DNA from: Halieaceae bacterium
GTDB taxonomy: Bacteria > Pseudomonadota > Gammaproteobacteria > Pseudomonadales > Halieaceae
Assembly (NCBI GenBank): GCA_902522335.1
Contig: CABYVD010000002.1
Location: 16,428 to 80,427, forward strand
DNA: 64,000 bases
Direction: 5' to 3'
Shown: positions 19,228 through 29,376 of the stretch, in pieces
How positions within the stretch are numbered: the stretch's first letter is position 1
Layout of the letters: each line of letters opens with the position of its first letter
Program-made: the position numbers and the translations under genes
Notes under the pieces: generated by a model
The model's database searches: none
What the model was told of the DNA's origin: nothing
The model's input: the letters and a program-made list of their open reading frames with translations, nothing else

Positions 19228-20853
19228 TTAATTCCCACCGAACTGCTGCTCACGATTCGTTTTGTCAAGAAACGAGTCTTCGGTACCTCTGGACTGTATT
19301 TGGCTCAAATCCGCTGTCATTAAAACACCGGTAAGCTCGGTCATGGTTGAGGTCTGACTCACAAACAACTGCTCATTCCACCGATCGATCCCTGAATCTG
19401 ACGTCCAGTAGTAGCCTAAAAACCCGCCTAGGCCAAAACCCGGCAGATCCAAGCAATGCCAGACATCGCAGTTGTAGTAACCGGTATCAGCCTGACCAAT
19501 AGCGCCTACTCCCCACCACACCTGTTGAAGCGAACCGCGCTTTCCGGGGCGCTCAGGGACGGACAACTGTGCGCGCGACCAGCCGTATTTACTCACCGCA
19601 GTTTTCGCCGCTGTTATGAGTTGTTCGTTATTGCGAGTCCATAAATAGGACTGTTCCGCATGACCCGTAGGCTCGACACGCCCGTCGACTTCTCGGTAAT
19701 CCATTTCACCCAGGTGCTCGGTCTGGATCATTCCGACAATGTTGCTCTTCTTTTCAGGGAAACGTGTGAACCAATCCGGTGCTGCATGCGCGTCCTCCAT
19801 ACCGGGCATGTAGTGCCGGCAATCCAGAAACACAGTCAACGTTCGTGGTCGTTCACTTTGAGGAATATTGGAAAAATATTTCACAATGCCAAGCAGCCCT
19901 AACGCGCCGTTATCTTGCGTAATCGACGGTCCGTCTGTGTGATTGACCAGAATGATTTGCTCATCTTCTGGCGTACCGTAATTAGCACCGGGCAAATAAG
20001 CGATGTACTGAAAAGCTTCTGAGGTTTTTACCGTAGCCTCAAGCCTTAGTGTCGCCGATTTACCCTGCTTGGCATCTTCAATCACTTTAGCGCCATCTTC
20101 TCGAGACAAGATTAGGGTTGGCGAGTTGTACAGTGTGGGCACACCAAATGTGTATAGACCTTTTGTGCGCTCGTAGGCCATGTCGTAGACAATGATGGCA
20201 CCCGCCGCGTTGCCATCACGTGGGATACGATCGAGCCCCTGCGCTAACTGCCACCAGATATCAAACGTAAAACTCTCGGCGGGTGGAACGAACTCAAACG
20301 GCGCCGGTAACGTTTCCGCATCGGTTGCATATTCATAATCATTAAAGGTGTAGTTAATTAAGTAAGTATCGGAATACGGAGAGTTGGGGTGTTTCATCGT
20401 GGGAATGACGACGATCTTTCCTTCAATCGACTCCGGAGGATCGTCATGATCGTAATAAATGAGCTCCGCAGTAATACCTTCGGGCCCTGTTGAGCCCGAG
20501 TAGGCACCATAGTGTGCAACTCTCACCGATGCTCCATCGGATGATAGCGACCATTGAGTGCTATCTTCGGACGTCTGCCAACGCTCGAATTGCCAGGCAT
20601 TCCTTGTTCCATCAACTACGCCATAGGTATCGAGCGTGGTCTCTAGAAACAACATGTAGCTCAACCATTCGGAGCTCCCCGTCAGTGTGGGTAGGTTCTT
20701 GTGTTTTACTGATGCCCACTCAATGGCCTCTTCGGGTGTTACCAACCAGTCGTCACGGATATCAGTCAAATTAGGGTGCTGACCAGAATTGTCAGCCTCG
20801 CATGCGGCTAATCCGAGTAGTGCAAAGCAAAGCGCTATTGAAAGTATCTTCAT
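19228..20853 (-). CDS. Lipoprotein with PA domain and M28-like Zn-peptidase fold (atypical active site)
   Basis: Lipobox LLGLAA-C; PA-like segment (GITAELIY...IEGKIVV...AAGAII); ILVNHTDGP...DNGALGLL...RPRTL; EHLG. Confidence 0.7.
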   Translation of the reverse strand: MKILSIALCFALLGLAACEADNSGQHPNLTDIRDDWLVTPEEAIEWASVKHKNLPTLTGSSEWLSYMLFLETTLDTYGVVDGTRNAWQFERWQTSEDSTQWSLSSDGASVRVAHYGAYSGSTGPEGITAELIYYDHDDPPESIEGKIVVIPTMKHPNSPYSDTYLINYTFNDYEYATDAETLPAPFEFVPPAESFTFDIWWQLAQGLDRIPRDGNAAGAIIVYDMAYERTKGLYTFGVPTLYNSPTLILSREDGAKVIEDAKQGKSATLRLEATVKTSEAFQYIAYLPGANYGTPEDEQIILVNHTDGPSITQDNGALGLLGIVKYFSNIPQSERPRTLTVFLDCRHYMPGMEDAHAAPDWFTRFPEKKSNIVGMIQTEHLGEMDYREVDGRVEPTGHAEQSYLWTRNNEQLITAAKTAVSKYGWSRAQLSVPERPGKRGSLQQVWWGVGAIGQADTGYYNCDVWHCLDLPGFGLGGFLGYYWTSDSGIDRWNEQLFVSQTSTMTELTGVLMTADLSQIQSRGTEDSFLDKTNREQQFGGN

Positions 20854-21031
20854 GTGTGGCGGGTCTTATATGTTTTATACGCTGGAGAATAGCACCCAAA
20901 AATGCGCTTTCAATACCGCTCGAGAGATACAAATTTGGGCCACGAGACCCTGACACGTCTGCTGCGCCACTGGACTGACCAAAGCGGTCGAAGTATCGTC
21001 TACGACGATGTATTAGAAACGGAGTCTTGTT

Positions 21032-22069
21032 ATCGGACCGCTGGCTGACATTTCGAGTGAGTTACTTACGCTTCTAAGAGATAACCTACCGCGAGACCTC
21101 ACGTGGCCATTCCTCTTACTCACACTGGTAATTGCCATAGCCATCTGGTTCTTACGCGGTGGTCGCGGCTCGAAGAATGCTTCAGGTCGGGAGCGTCCCG
21201 CCGACTTACTCGATTATCTGCTGCCTCGCGACATATACACGCACACTTCAGCGCGCGTGGATATTACGCTCTACGTCTTCGAGCGGCTGTTGCGACCCCT
21301 ATGGGCTGCTGCCTTGATTCTAAGCGTTGGAGCATTTGCCGAGACGCAAGTGATAGCAGGATTAAGCGCGGTAATGGGTAGCGGGCCTGCGCTCGATACA
21401 GGCCTAGGATGGATGCTCTTCTACAGCCTGGTAACACTGCTGGTGTATGACTTTGTCTTTTACGCCATTCACTACACAGAACACAAAGTGCCCGCTTTGT
21501 GGGTCATCCACAAAGTGCACCACTCAGCTGAGGTCTTAACCCCACTAACACGGTACCGAGAACACTTCCTAGAAGGCCCCATCTACGCTGCAGGCGCAGC
21601 CTTGGCTTATGGCATCGCAGGTGGTCTTTTTAGCTGGCTAATTGAAGCTGACATCACACAAGCGACGCTGTTTAACATCGGTTTCTTTTCACTACTGTTC
21701 GGCTTCAATGGATCGTTTCGGCATTATCACGTTGCGTTCCATTACCCCGTGTGGCTATCAAAATGGTTACAGAGCCCGGTCATGCATCACACGCATCACA
21801 GCTACCTGGAGAAGCACTGGGACACCAACCTAGCGGCCGTGACCAGTCTTTGGGATCGACTATTCGGGACGCTTTATATCCCTGAAAAGGACGAGTACAC
21901 CCCCTGGGGACTAGGGCCCGAAACGCAGGATCAATATCGGAGCTTCTGGCAAAACACAACTGGTCCCTTTAAGGACTGGTTCGCCATGCTCACAGGCGGT
22001 TCAATGCGGACAAGCAACCCATTGGCTGGAGGTGCCGCCAGGACGGATGTGAATTCTAGAGAGCGCTAA
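21032..22069 (+). CDS. Sterol desaturase / fatty acid hydroxylase family di-iron membrane enzyme
   Basis: His boxes HYTEH, HKVHHS, REHFLE, FRHYH, HHTHHS. The frame stays open upstream of the track's GTG 21257 and encodes a TM helix plus YLLPRDIYTHTSARVD. True start uncertain (ATC 21032 or CTG 21041). Confidence 0.85.
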   Translation: MGPLADISSELLTLLRDNLPRDLTWPFLLLTLVIAIAIWFLRGGRGSKNASGRERPADLLDYLLPRDIYTHTSARVDITLYVFERLLRPLWAAALILSVGAFAETQVIAGLSAVMGSGPALDTGLGWMLFYSLVTLLVYDFVFYAIHYTEHKVPALWVIHKVHHSAEVLTPLTRYREHFLEGPIYAAGAALAYGIAGGLFSWLIEADITQATLFNIGFFSLLFGFNGSFRHYHVAFHYPVWLSKWLQSPVMHHTHHSYLEKHWDTNLAAVTSLWDRLFGTLYIPEKDEYTPWGLGPETQDQYRSFWQNTTGPFKDWFAMLTGGSMRTSNPLAGGAARTDVNSRER

Positions 22070-23680
22070 TTATTGTGTGCCAAACACCACAAGCACGCCC
22101 AAGAGTAAAAACGTCCAAAGCCCGAGGAACCCGTAAGCCGGCACCCAGCTTTTCGTAAACCCAGCGTTCTGATAGAAGGCGGGACTCCAAAGGAGGTCTG
22201 TAAGTTCCTGTTCCGATGAGGGCTGGCCACTGGTCATCAGCCCTACACCCATCGTGGCTGCCAACCCGATAACGTTCCACCATAGCCAAGAAACAGAGGG
22301 CATAGCTGTCCACAATAAGGCATTGATAGCGAGACCGGCAAAGAAGCCAATTCGGGCACCGCGTCCAGTGGCGCTCTTCGTCATTAGTCCCAAAAGGAAG
22401 ACGCCAAGAATAGGACCGTTAATGAGCGAGCCTACCTTGTTAACCGCTACGATCACTGTCGATGCGATATCGTCAACGAAGAACGCTGTCACCAATGCGA
22501 ACACGCCCCAAAAGACGGTGAGTGCCCTGCCCCACCATAGCTCTTGCGCTGGCGTGGCAATCCGCTCTTTCATGGCGGGCTTCACAAAGTCCTTCAATGT
22601 GGTGGCAGATAAACTGTTAATCACGGAGTCAAGCGACGACATGGCTGCGGCGAGCAGCGCAACGACAGCTAGCCCCATCACCCCAACCGGTAACTCCCGC
22701 GAGAAAAGGACAGGCAGCGCCATGTTGTAATTGGGTGCATCGTTGATCAAAGGCAGCGACGACAGAAAGTCGGTATTTAAGCCCGCGTATGCTGCGAGTC
22801 CCGCGCCAATAAGGCAGTAGAGCAAGACCAGAGGGAAACGCAGGACACCGTTGATAATCAATATCTTTTGGTTGTCGTCCTGCGTCGCTGCACAGAGCTG
22901 TCGCTGCACCTGACTCTGATCGCAGCCATAATAGGCAACATAAAGGAAAAATCCGCCGATCAGCATAGGCAAGAAGGCAAAGTCATGACCGTCACCCAGA
23001 CCGTGATGTCGAAATGACAGCGCCGCAGTGCGCTCAGCTGGGATCTGCGCCAGCATTGATTCAAGACCACCTGCCGACCCAATCAATAAGTACGCAAGAT
23101 AACCAAGGACACTGGTCAAAATGATCATTTGGATAACATCACTGACTATGACGGCACGTATGCCACCCAGAACATCGTAGATAATCGTGATGGCGCCAAA
23201 TAAGACAACCGATTGAGCAAACGAAAGCCCAGTCGTGATGGCGATCATGCTTGCCACGCCATAAACGGTGATACCCGCTACTGCAGCCCGCGACAACTGA
23301 AACATGCCACTGATAAGTAGCTGCGTTTTATCGTCAAAACGCCGCCCCAGATAAAGGTAAACCGACACCAAACGCTGCCGATGAAACACGGGAATTAAAA
23401 ATATGGCGATAAAAATCATCGCTAACGGCAGCGCTAGCTCGTACTGCAGCCAGACGAGTCCACCACCGACAACAAAGGCGACAAACGCAGGTGCACCGAG
23501 AATACTGTTGGTCGAGCACTGTGTTGCCATAACGGAGAGCGCAACACTGATCGGGCCACTGCTGTTACCGGCAACAAAGTAATCCTCGGCAGTCTCCTGG
23601 CGTCGTGACAAATGCAGACTCATCGCCACTAAACCGGACAGGTAAATTACCACGACGAACCAATCAAGCGTTGCTAGCAT
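22070..23680 (-). CDS. Sodium:solute symporter (SSS) family transporter
   Basis: EDYFVAG, LSVMATQCS, YLGRRFD, GGIRAVIVSDVIQM, YGCDQSQVQR, AAAMSSLDS.INSL. Its stop abuts the stop of the convergent gene. Confidence 0.92.
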   Translation of the reverse strand: MLATLDWFVVVIYLSGLVAMSLHLSRRQETAEDYFVAGNSSGPISVALSVMATQCSTNSILGAPAFVAFVVGGGLVWLQYELALPLAMIFIAIFLIPVFHRQRLVSVYLYLGRRFDDKTQLLISGMFQLSRAAVAGITVYGVASMIAITTGLSFAQSVVLFGAITIIYDVLGGIRAVIVSDVIQMIILTSVLGYLAYLLIGSAGGLESMLAQIPAERTAALSFRHHGLGDGHDFAFLPMLIGGFFLYVAYYGCDQSQVQRQLCAATQDDNQKILIINGVLRFPLVLLYCLIGAGLAAYAGLNTDFLSSLPLINDAPNYNMALPVLFSRELPVGVMGLAVVALLAAAMSSLDSVINSLSATTLKDFVKPAMKERIATPAQELWWGRALTVFWGVFALVTAFFVDDIASTVIVAVNKVGSLINGPILGVFLLGLMTKSATGRGARIGFFAGLAINALLWTAMPSVSWLWWNVIGLAATMGVGLMTSGQPSSEQELTDLLWSPAFYQNAGFTKSWVPAYGFLGLWTFLLLGVLVVFGTQ

Positions 23681-23925
23681 TCGACGCCCTCCACGTCTTA
23701 TTTATGGGGTGATAACCAAAACCACTGACAGAGACCAACTTCAAACTGCAACGAGTCTGGCGGAAACCAAAACCAATCTATTATCACCATACATCATCTC
23801 GATTGACATAAAGTTAAGGTCGAAAATGGCAGACCACTGATGCCGCCGATAGGCGCCAGCAGTCAAGACTAAATACGCCCATTTGAACGGCTGGAAAATG
23901 ACGTTCTAACTGTCATACTCACCAT

Positions 23926-24849
23926 ATGACTAAAACGAATACACATATTTCCTATTTGATGGGCGCAGGTCTTGCGATCTACTCCCAGCAAGCTGCGCTC
24001 GCACTCTTCTTGGGTATTGGACTCGCCGTAACCGTCGGTCCGGCCCCTCTGAGCGATGCCTCTCGACTATCACGCGGTGCGCTACAAAGCGGTGTGGTTA
24101 TCCTGGGATTAGCCCTACCGTTCAGAGAGGTCATGACACTGGGTTCGGCTAATGGCGCTGTCGTCTCGGCAATGGTTCTAGCCACCCTGGTCAGTGGTCT
24201 TATCTTGTTAAAGCTGCTTCGGACCGATGATGTCAGCGGAAAACTTTTGACAACGGGTACAGCAGTCTGTGGGGGTACCGCGGTGGCCACCCTCGCACCG
24301 GTGATCAAAGCCGAGAACCAGCAGGTCGCTCAAACCCTCACTATTATCTTCGTCCTTAACGGCATCGCCATTATTTTGTTTCCTGCGATCGGCCATACGA
24401 TGGATTTGAGTCAGCAGCAATTCGGCATGTGGACTGCTATCGCCATTCACGACACCTCTTCCGTTGTAGGTGCTGCCGCCGCCTATGGTGACGAGGCACT
24501 AACGACTGCGGCGACATTAAAGATCCTTCGTATTTTGTGGCTCATCCCGGTGATAATCGTGGCGAGCTACTCGATGAAGCGCATCAGCGCCAACGAGATT
24601 CGGATACCGCTCTTCGTCACTGGCTTCATCGTAGCCAGTCTGATCGGCAGCTACTCCCAGTTCGATGGGGGGGTCACCAGCCTGTTCTCACTGATCAGTA
24701 AGAGCCTATTTGGTCTCGCTCTATTTCTAATCGGTTCACAGATGTCTCTGGAGTCGCTCAAGACGATCTGCCCTCGGCTGATTGGCATGGCACTGGTGCT
24801 TTGGTCGGCTCTGAGCCTCGGCAGCCTTTACTGGGTAACAACGGTCTGA
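23926..24849 (+). CDS. YeiH/UPF0324 family membrane protein (putative sulfate exporter)
   Basis: GTAVCGGTAVA..APVIKA, FGMWTAIAIHDTSSVVGAA, ATLKILRILW. Confidence 0.88.
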   Translation: MTKTNTHISYLMGAGLAIYSQQAALALFLGIGLAVTVGPAPLSDASRLSRGALQSGVVILGLALPFREVMTLGSANGAVVSAMVLATLVSGLILLKLLRTDDVSGKLLTTGTAVCGGTAVATLAPVIKAENQQVAQTLTIIFVLNGIAIILFPAIGHTMDLSQQQFGMWTAIAIHDTSSVVGAAAAYGDEALTTAATLKILRILWLIPVIIVASYSMKRISANEIRIPLFVTGFIVASLIGSYSQFDGGVTSLFSLISKSLFGLALFLIGSQMSLESLKTICPRLIGMALVLWSALSLGSLYWVTTV

Positions 24850-25017
24850 CAACCCAATCGCTTCGATTCATTTTCGATAAGCAGATCCATTTTCTTTGCC
24901 GTTAGTCCGACAAGTGGATGACGAAACAAAAGATTTTGGGCAGACTTCCGGCTCATTTGTTAGCGGCGCTACGAAGCGCTGTAATCTTTGACTCGAGAGA
25001 GATTAAAAGGATTGTTC

Positions 25018-26388
25018 ATGGCTCAGTGGGAATGCATCGTTTGTGGTCTGATCTACGACGAGAAAGAAGGATGGCCCGATGATGGTATTGCGTCCGGCAC
25101 AAAGTGGTCTGACGTACCCGACGACTGGACATGTCCTGATTGCGGTGTTGGTAAAGATGATTTCGAGCTCATTCCAGGCACAGAAGATGAAGCAGAATCT
25201 GAGGACGCATCTGTATCGCGCAACGCCGGACCTGCGGACCACCCTATAGTCGTCATCGGTTCTGGACTTGCGGCTTACAGCTTGGCTAATGCCATCAAGA
25301 AAACGGATGCAGATGCGGCCATAACGCTAATCACGCGCGACGGTGGTGAAAACTACTCTAAACCTATGATCTCAACAGGTTTCACCAAGAAATTTGAGCC
25401 TGATCAACTGGCCACTCAAACCGCCGAAAACATGTCAGACAATCTGGGCGTCACCGTACGAACACGCACCGAAGTTGCGTCGCTCGATACGGATTCGAGT
25501 GAAGTAGTGCTGACGTCCGGAGAGCGAGTACCCTACTCGAGCCTGGTACTCACGCTGGGCGCTGAGCTGATTCGCCCACCCATGGGCGGAGATGCCGCCG
25601 ATGAGGTCATGGGGGTTAACGATCTGGATGACTACAGACGGTTCAGAGACACACTAGCTCAGACGGGTGTCAAAAAGGTCGCGGTTATTGGTGCAGGACT
25701 CATTGGCTGCGAGTTCACTAACGATCTTCTCAATGGTGACTTCTCGGTTGAAGCTGTCGATCCGATGGATTACTGCCTACCCACGCTATTGCCTGAAACC
25801 GCAGGACGCGCTGTTCAGCGAGCGCTAGAAGAAAAAGGAGCACGCTTTCACTTCGGGCCGCTGGCAACGGACATCAACCGATCCGAGGACGGCTACACCG
25901 TTACCCTTAATAACCGCGAAATCATCGAAGCAGACGCCGTACTGTCCGCAGTGGGTGTTCGCCCCAGAACGCAACTTGCGGCTGACGCGGGGATTGAGTG
26001 CGGACGCGGTATTAAAACGGACCGGTACCTGCGCACGAGTGTCGAGAATGTCTACGCCATTGGCGACTGTGCCGAGGTGGAAGGCAACGTCTTAGTCTAC
26101 GTCGCACCGCTCATGGCAGCTGCGCGTGCTCTAGCGGCCACGCTGACTGGCACGCCGACGGAAGTAGCCTATCCCGCCATGCCGGTGACTATTAAAACAC
26201 CCGCGTGTCCGGTCTGTGTATCACCCGTAGGGCGTGACGCCGAAGGTGAATGGACCATTGAGGCTGATGGACAGGACGTCAAGGCCTTGTTCCACAGTCC
26301 AAAGGGTGACCTACTTGGCTTTGCGCTAACGGGCCAGGCCGTGAAAGAGCGGATGCCGCTGACCAAGCAGCTTCCAGCCATTCTCTAA
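25018..26388 (+). CDS. Rubredoxin / NAD(P)H:rubredoxin reductase fusion protein
   Basis: N-terminal [33 protein letters not shown], acidic linker, then a RubB-like flavoprotein ([43 protein letters not shown]) in one frame. Confidence 0.93.
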   Translation: MAQWECIVCGLIYDEKEGWPDDGIASGTKWSDVPDDWTCPDCGVGKDDFELIPGTEDEAESEDASVSRNAGPADHPIVVIGSGLAAYSLANAIKKTDADAAITLITRDGGENYSKPMISTGFTKKFEPDQLATQTAENMSDNLGVTVRTRTEVASLDTDSSEVVLTSGERVPYSSLVLTLGAELIRPPMGGDAADEVMGVNDLDDYRRFRDTLAQTGVKKVAVIGAGLIGCEFTNDLLNGDFSVEAVDPMDYCLPTLLPETAGRAVQRALEEKGARFHFGPLATDINRSEDGYTVTLNNREIIEADAVLSAVGVRPRTQLAADAGIECGRGIKTDRYLRTSVENVYAIGDCAEVEGNVLVYVAPLMAAARALAATLTGTPTEVAYPAMPVTIKTPACPVCVSPVGRDAEGEWTIEADGQDVKALFHSPKGDLLGFALTGQAVKERMPLTKQLPAIL

Positions 26389-26415
26389 TTCATCGACAGA
26401 CCCGATTAAAAACCA

Positions 26416-26445
26416 TAAAAAAAGGCGCCATTGCGCCTTTTTTTA
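26416..26445. terminator. Bidirectional intrinsic terminator
   Basis: TAAAAAAAGGCGC-CATT-GCGCCTTTTTTTA between convergent genes. Confidence 0.9.
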
Positions 26446-26463
26446 TTCTCCGGCACAGAGGTT

Positions 26464-27648
26464 TCAGCAGGCCTCTACCAAACCGGCGGCGCCCTGACCT
26501 CCCCCAACACACATAGTCACAACGCCATAACGACCATTGGTGCGTTTCAGCTCACGCAGAATGCGACCCACCATCCGTGAGCCCGTCATACCGAAGGGGT
26601 GACCGATAGCGATACTGCCGCCATTCACGTTGTACTTGGCATTGTCGATACCAAGGAAGTCCCGGCAATAGACACACTGCGATGCGAACGCCTCGTTAAG
26701 CTCCCAAAGATCAATATCATCCTGACTGAGGCCCGCGCGCTTAAGGAGCTTTGGAATCGCAAATACGGGTCCAATCCCCATCTCATCAGGTTCACAGCCT
26801 GCAGTGACAAAGCCGCGGAAGTAACCCAAAGGCTCTACACCCAGTTGTTTAGCGCGTTCAGCACTCATAAGAAGCGTCATTGAGGCACCATCGCTCAACT
26901 GTGACGAGTTGCCAGCAGTGACGCTACCACCTTCTTCAAACGCCGGCTTTAGCATGGAGAGTCCATCGAGTGTGGTGTCGACCCGATTGCACTCGTCGCG
27001 ATCAACCATCACATTTTTCAATGTCTCGTCTCCTGTTTCCTTGTTCACCAACTTCATGGTGGCAGGCATAGGTACGATCTCGTCCTGAATCGCACCGGCA
27101 TCGACGGCCTGAGCATAACGCTGCTGGCTCTGAAGCGCATACTCATCCTGAGACTCGCGAGTAACGTTGTATCGCCGAGCTACCACTTCAGCTGTATTGC
27201 CCATCTGCATGAATACCTCAGGCTTGTTTTCGAGCAGCGCACAGTTCTGCTGGTACTGACCTTCCTCCTGGCGCATTCGCATTGAGATGGACTCTGCGCC
27301 GCCGGCCATCATGACATCGGTGTAGCCCGAACCAATTTGATTTGCTGCCATCGCGACTGTCTGGAGTCCCGAGGCACAGAAACGATTCACTGTAGTACCC
27401 GTCGCCTCGATCGGTAGCTTCGACAGAACAGAGGCCATGCGTGCAAGATTGCCACCTTGCTCACCCGACTGATTTGCTGCACCTAAGATGACGTCCTCGA
27501 CCTCTCCCGGATCAAATTGGGGGTTTCGATCGATGAGCGCATCAATCAAAAACGCAGCCATATCATCGGAGCGCGTCCAATTAAAACTCCCCCTAAACGA
27601 CTTGGCCAGTCCGGTGCGCACGCTATCTACTACTAACACATCTCTCAT
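26464..27648 (-). CDS. Acetyl-CoA C-acyltransferase (thiolase)
   Basis: VNRFCASGL, TAGNSSQLSDGA, ELNEAFA, NGGSIAIGHPFGMTG, TMCVGGGQG. Confidence 0.95.
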   Translation of the reverse strand: MRDVLVVDSVRTGLAKSFRGSFNWTRSDDMAAFLIDALIDRNPQFDPGEVEDVILGAANQSGEQGGNLARMASVLSKLPIEATGTTVNRFCASGLQTVAMAANQIGSGYTDVMMAGGAESISMRMRQEEGQYQQNCALLENKPEVFMQMGNTAEVVARRYNVTRESQDEYALQSQQRYAQAVDAGAIQDEIVPMPATMKLVNKETGDETLKNVMVDRDECNRVDTTLDGLSMLKPAFEEGGSVTAGNSSQLSDGASMTLLMSAERAKQLGVEPLGYFRGFVTAGCEPDEMGIGPVFAIPKLLKRAGLSQDDIDLWELNEAFASQCVYCRDFLGIDNAKYNVNGGSIAIGHPFGMTGSRMVGRILRELKRTNGRYGVVTMCVGGGQGAAGLVEAC

Positions 27649-28024
27649 ATCGAATTCCTTCCTGCTAGTAAATTGACCCTAGTCGCCGATAAGTCTATTG
27701 CGGCAACGTATCTTATTTTCAAATTCACGACGTTTTCCAATTACACAAATTAGCGTCAAGTCCTGTTAGCTTATATCGACCCTGCTACCTATGCCTGTAA
27801 TTTTGCACCCACTCAATCTTCACAAACTACGCCTTTACATTCTTTTGGCAGTATGACGAACATCGATAACCTCTTTTGCGTAGCCTCCACCAAAGATTAA
27901 CCCGTAGCTCCCAATCTGCAAAAAAATGGCCATTTTCGTAAACTCCGAACATCGCTCTGCTCACGAGTCTCGAACGCCTACTATGAAGGCTTTTTGTTGC
28001 TTGGGATGCAACAGATCCAGGGCG

Positions 28025-28900
28025 TCAATTCTCTTCAAACTTATTTGCCGCCGCCATCGCCTTTGCGTCGAACCCACCCAATTTATCACCGGACAGCAGG
28101 TCATTATGTGCGTGGGCAAAATGATGCCAAGCAAACGCCGCCTCCATACCTTGCCGCTTGCCCTGAAGGTCCTCGACGTTATTGATCGCCTGCTTCGTCA
28201 GAGCTAGACCAAGGCGCGGCACCGCTGCAATCTTAGTAGCGAGCGCGGTTACATCATCTATTAGGCTGTCCCGGGAGCTAATCAGATTGACCATACCCAT
28301 CTGGTAAGCCCGCTCGGCGCCCATTTTGCTGCCTGTAAACAAAAACTCTTTTGCGATTCGCGGATTGAGCTCATAGGGATGTGCAAAATACTCGACGCCT
28401 GGGATCCCCATTCGGACAACAGGGTCAGAAAAATACGCGTCGTCTGTAGCAACTATCAAGTCGCAAATCCACGCAAGCATCAAGCCACCGGCGATACAAG
28501 CACCCTGTACCGCTGCAATAGTTGGTTTAGGGATATCGCGCCACCGGCGACACATCCCGAGATAAGCCTCCGCTTCTCGGACGTAAAGAAACTCGCCACC
28601 TGACTTATTTGCGTGGTCATACCAACTGGTGACGCGATCCTGACTGCACTGCAAATCCTGCCCAGGTGTGCCAATGTCGTGCCCGGCTGAAAAATGCTTT
28701 CCCTCACCGCGCAGTACAATGACTTTAACATCGTCGTCGGCGACCGCCTTCATGAAAGCGGCATCCAGCTGATAAGTCATGCGACTATTCTGCGCATTGC
28801 CATACTTGGGCCGATTCATGGAGATCCAAGCAATTCCAGCGCCAAATTCGTAGATGACTGAATCACCTACTTCATCATGATCGTTTCTAACATCGCTCAT
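28025..28900 (-). CDS. Enoyl-CoA hydratase/isomerase family protein
   Basis: MNRPKYGNAQ, FSAGHDI, PKPTIAAVQGACIAGGLMLAW.CDL, FSDPVVRMG. Confidence 0.92.
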   Translation of the reverse strand: MSDVRNDHDEVGDSVIYEFGAGIAWISMNRPKYGNAQNSRMTYQLDAAFMKAVADDDVKVIVLRGEGKHFSAGHDIGTPGQDLQCSQDRVTSWYDHANKSGGEFLYVREAEAYLGMCRRWRDIPKPTIAAVQGACIAGGLMLAWICDLIVATDDAYFSDPVVRMGIPGVEYFAHPYELNPRIAKEFLFTGSKMGAERAYQMGMVNLISSRDSLIDDVTALATKIAAVPRLGLALTKQAINNVEDLQGKRQGMEAAFAWHHFAHAHNDLLSGDKLGGFDAKAMAAANKFEEN

Positions 28901-29376
28901 TTTGTTCTCCCTTGCGGCACGGTAGATGATGGGTAATTGTGCGTAACCTGCATGCCTAGTCCATTGAGTGGATCTGATACCGATCTTATGCGAAAACTCG
29001 GAGGTGTTGGAGCATCGTTCTCACTGATCAAGCCTGTTTTTGTAGTCCAAAATAACAAGCCTTATTGCGTTTTAGACCGCAAAATATCCAATCGAATGTT
29101 AGCAATCCGCAATCGTTTGTTTACTGATAAAGGTTCAGCAACTCCCAGCAGTTTGCAGACTGCATGGTACCAACGCGAATGTTTTCAATAACGCCTTGCC
29201 CTCAAACGCTTTTGGGAACGAGGAAAAAACTTCTGAGACTGCATTGTGATAATTAAGGAGTTCTGCTCTAGGGTAATTCACACTAATCTCATAAAGGGTG
29301 GGTTAGACTTAGCAACTCGTATGCTGAAGCGTCCGATAACGGCGGCCACGAACCGAGCTTCTTTAAACTGGAATCC

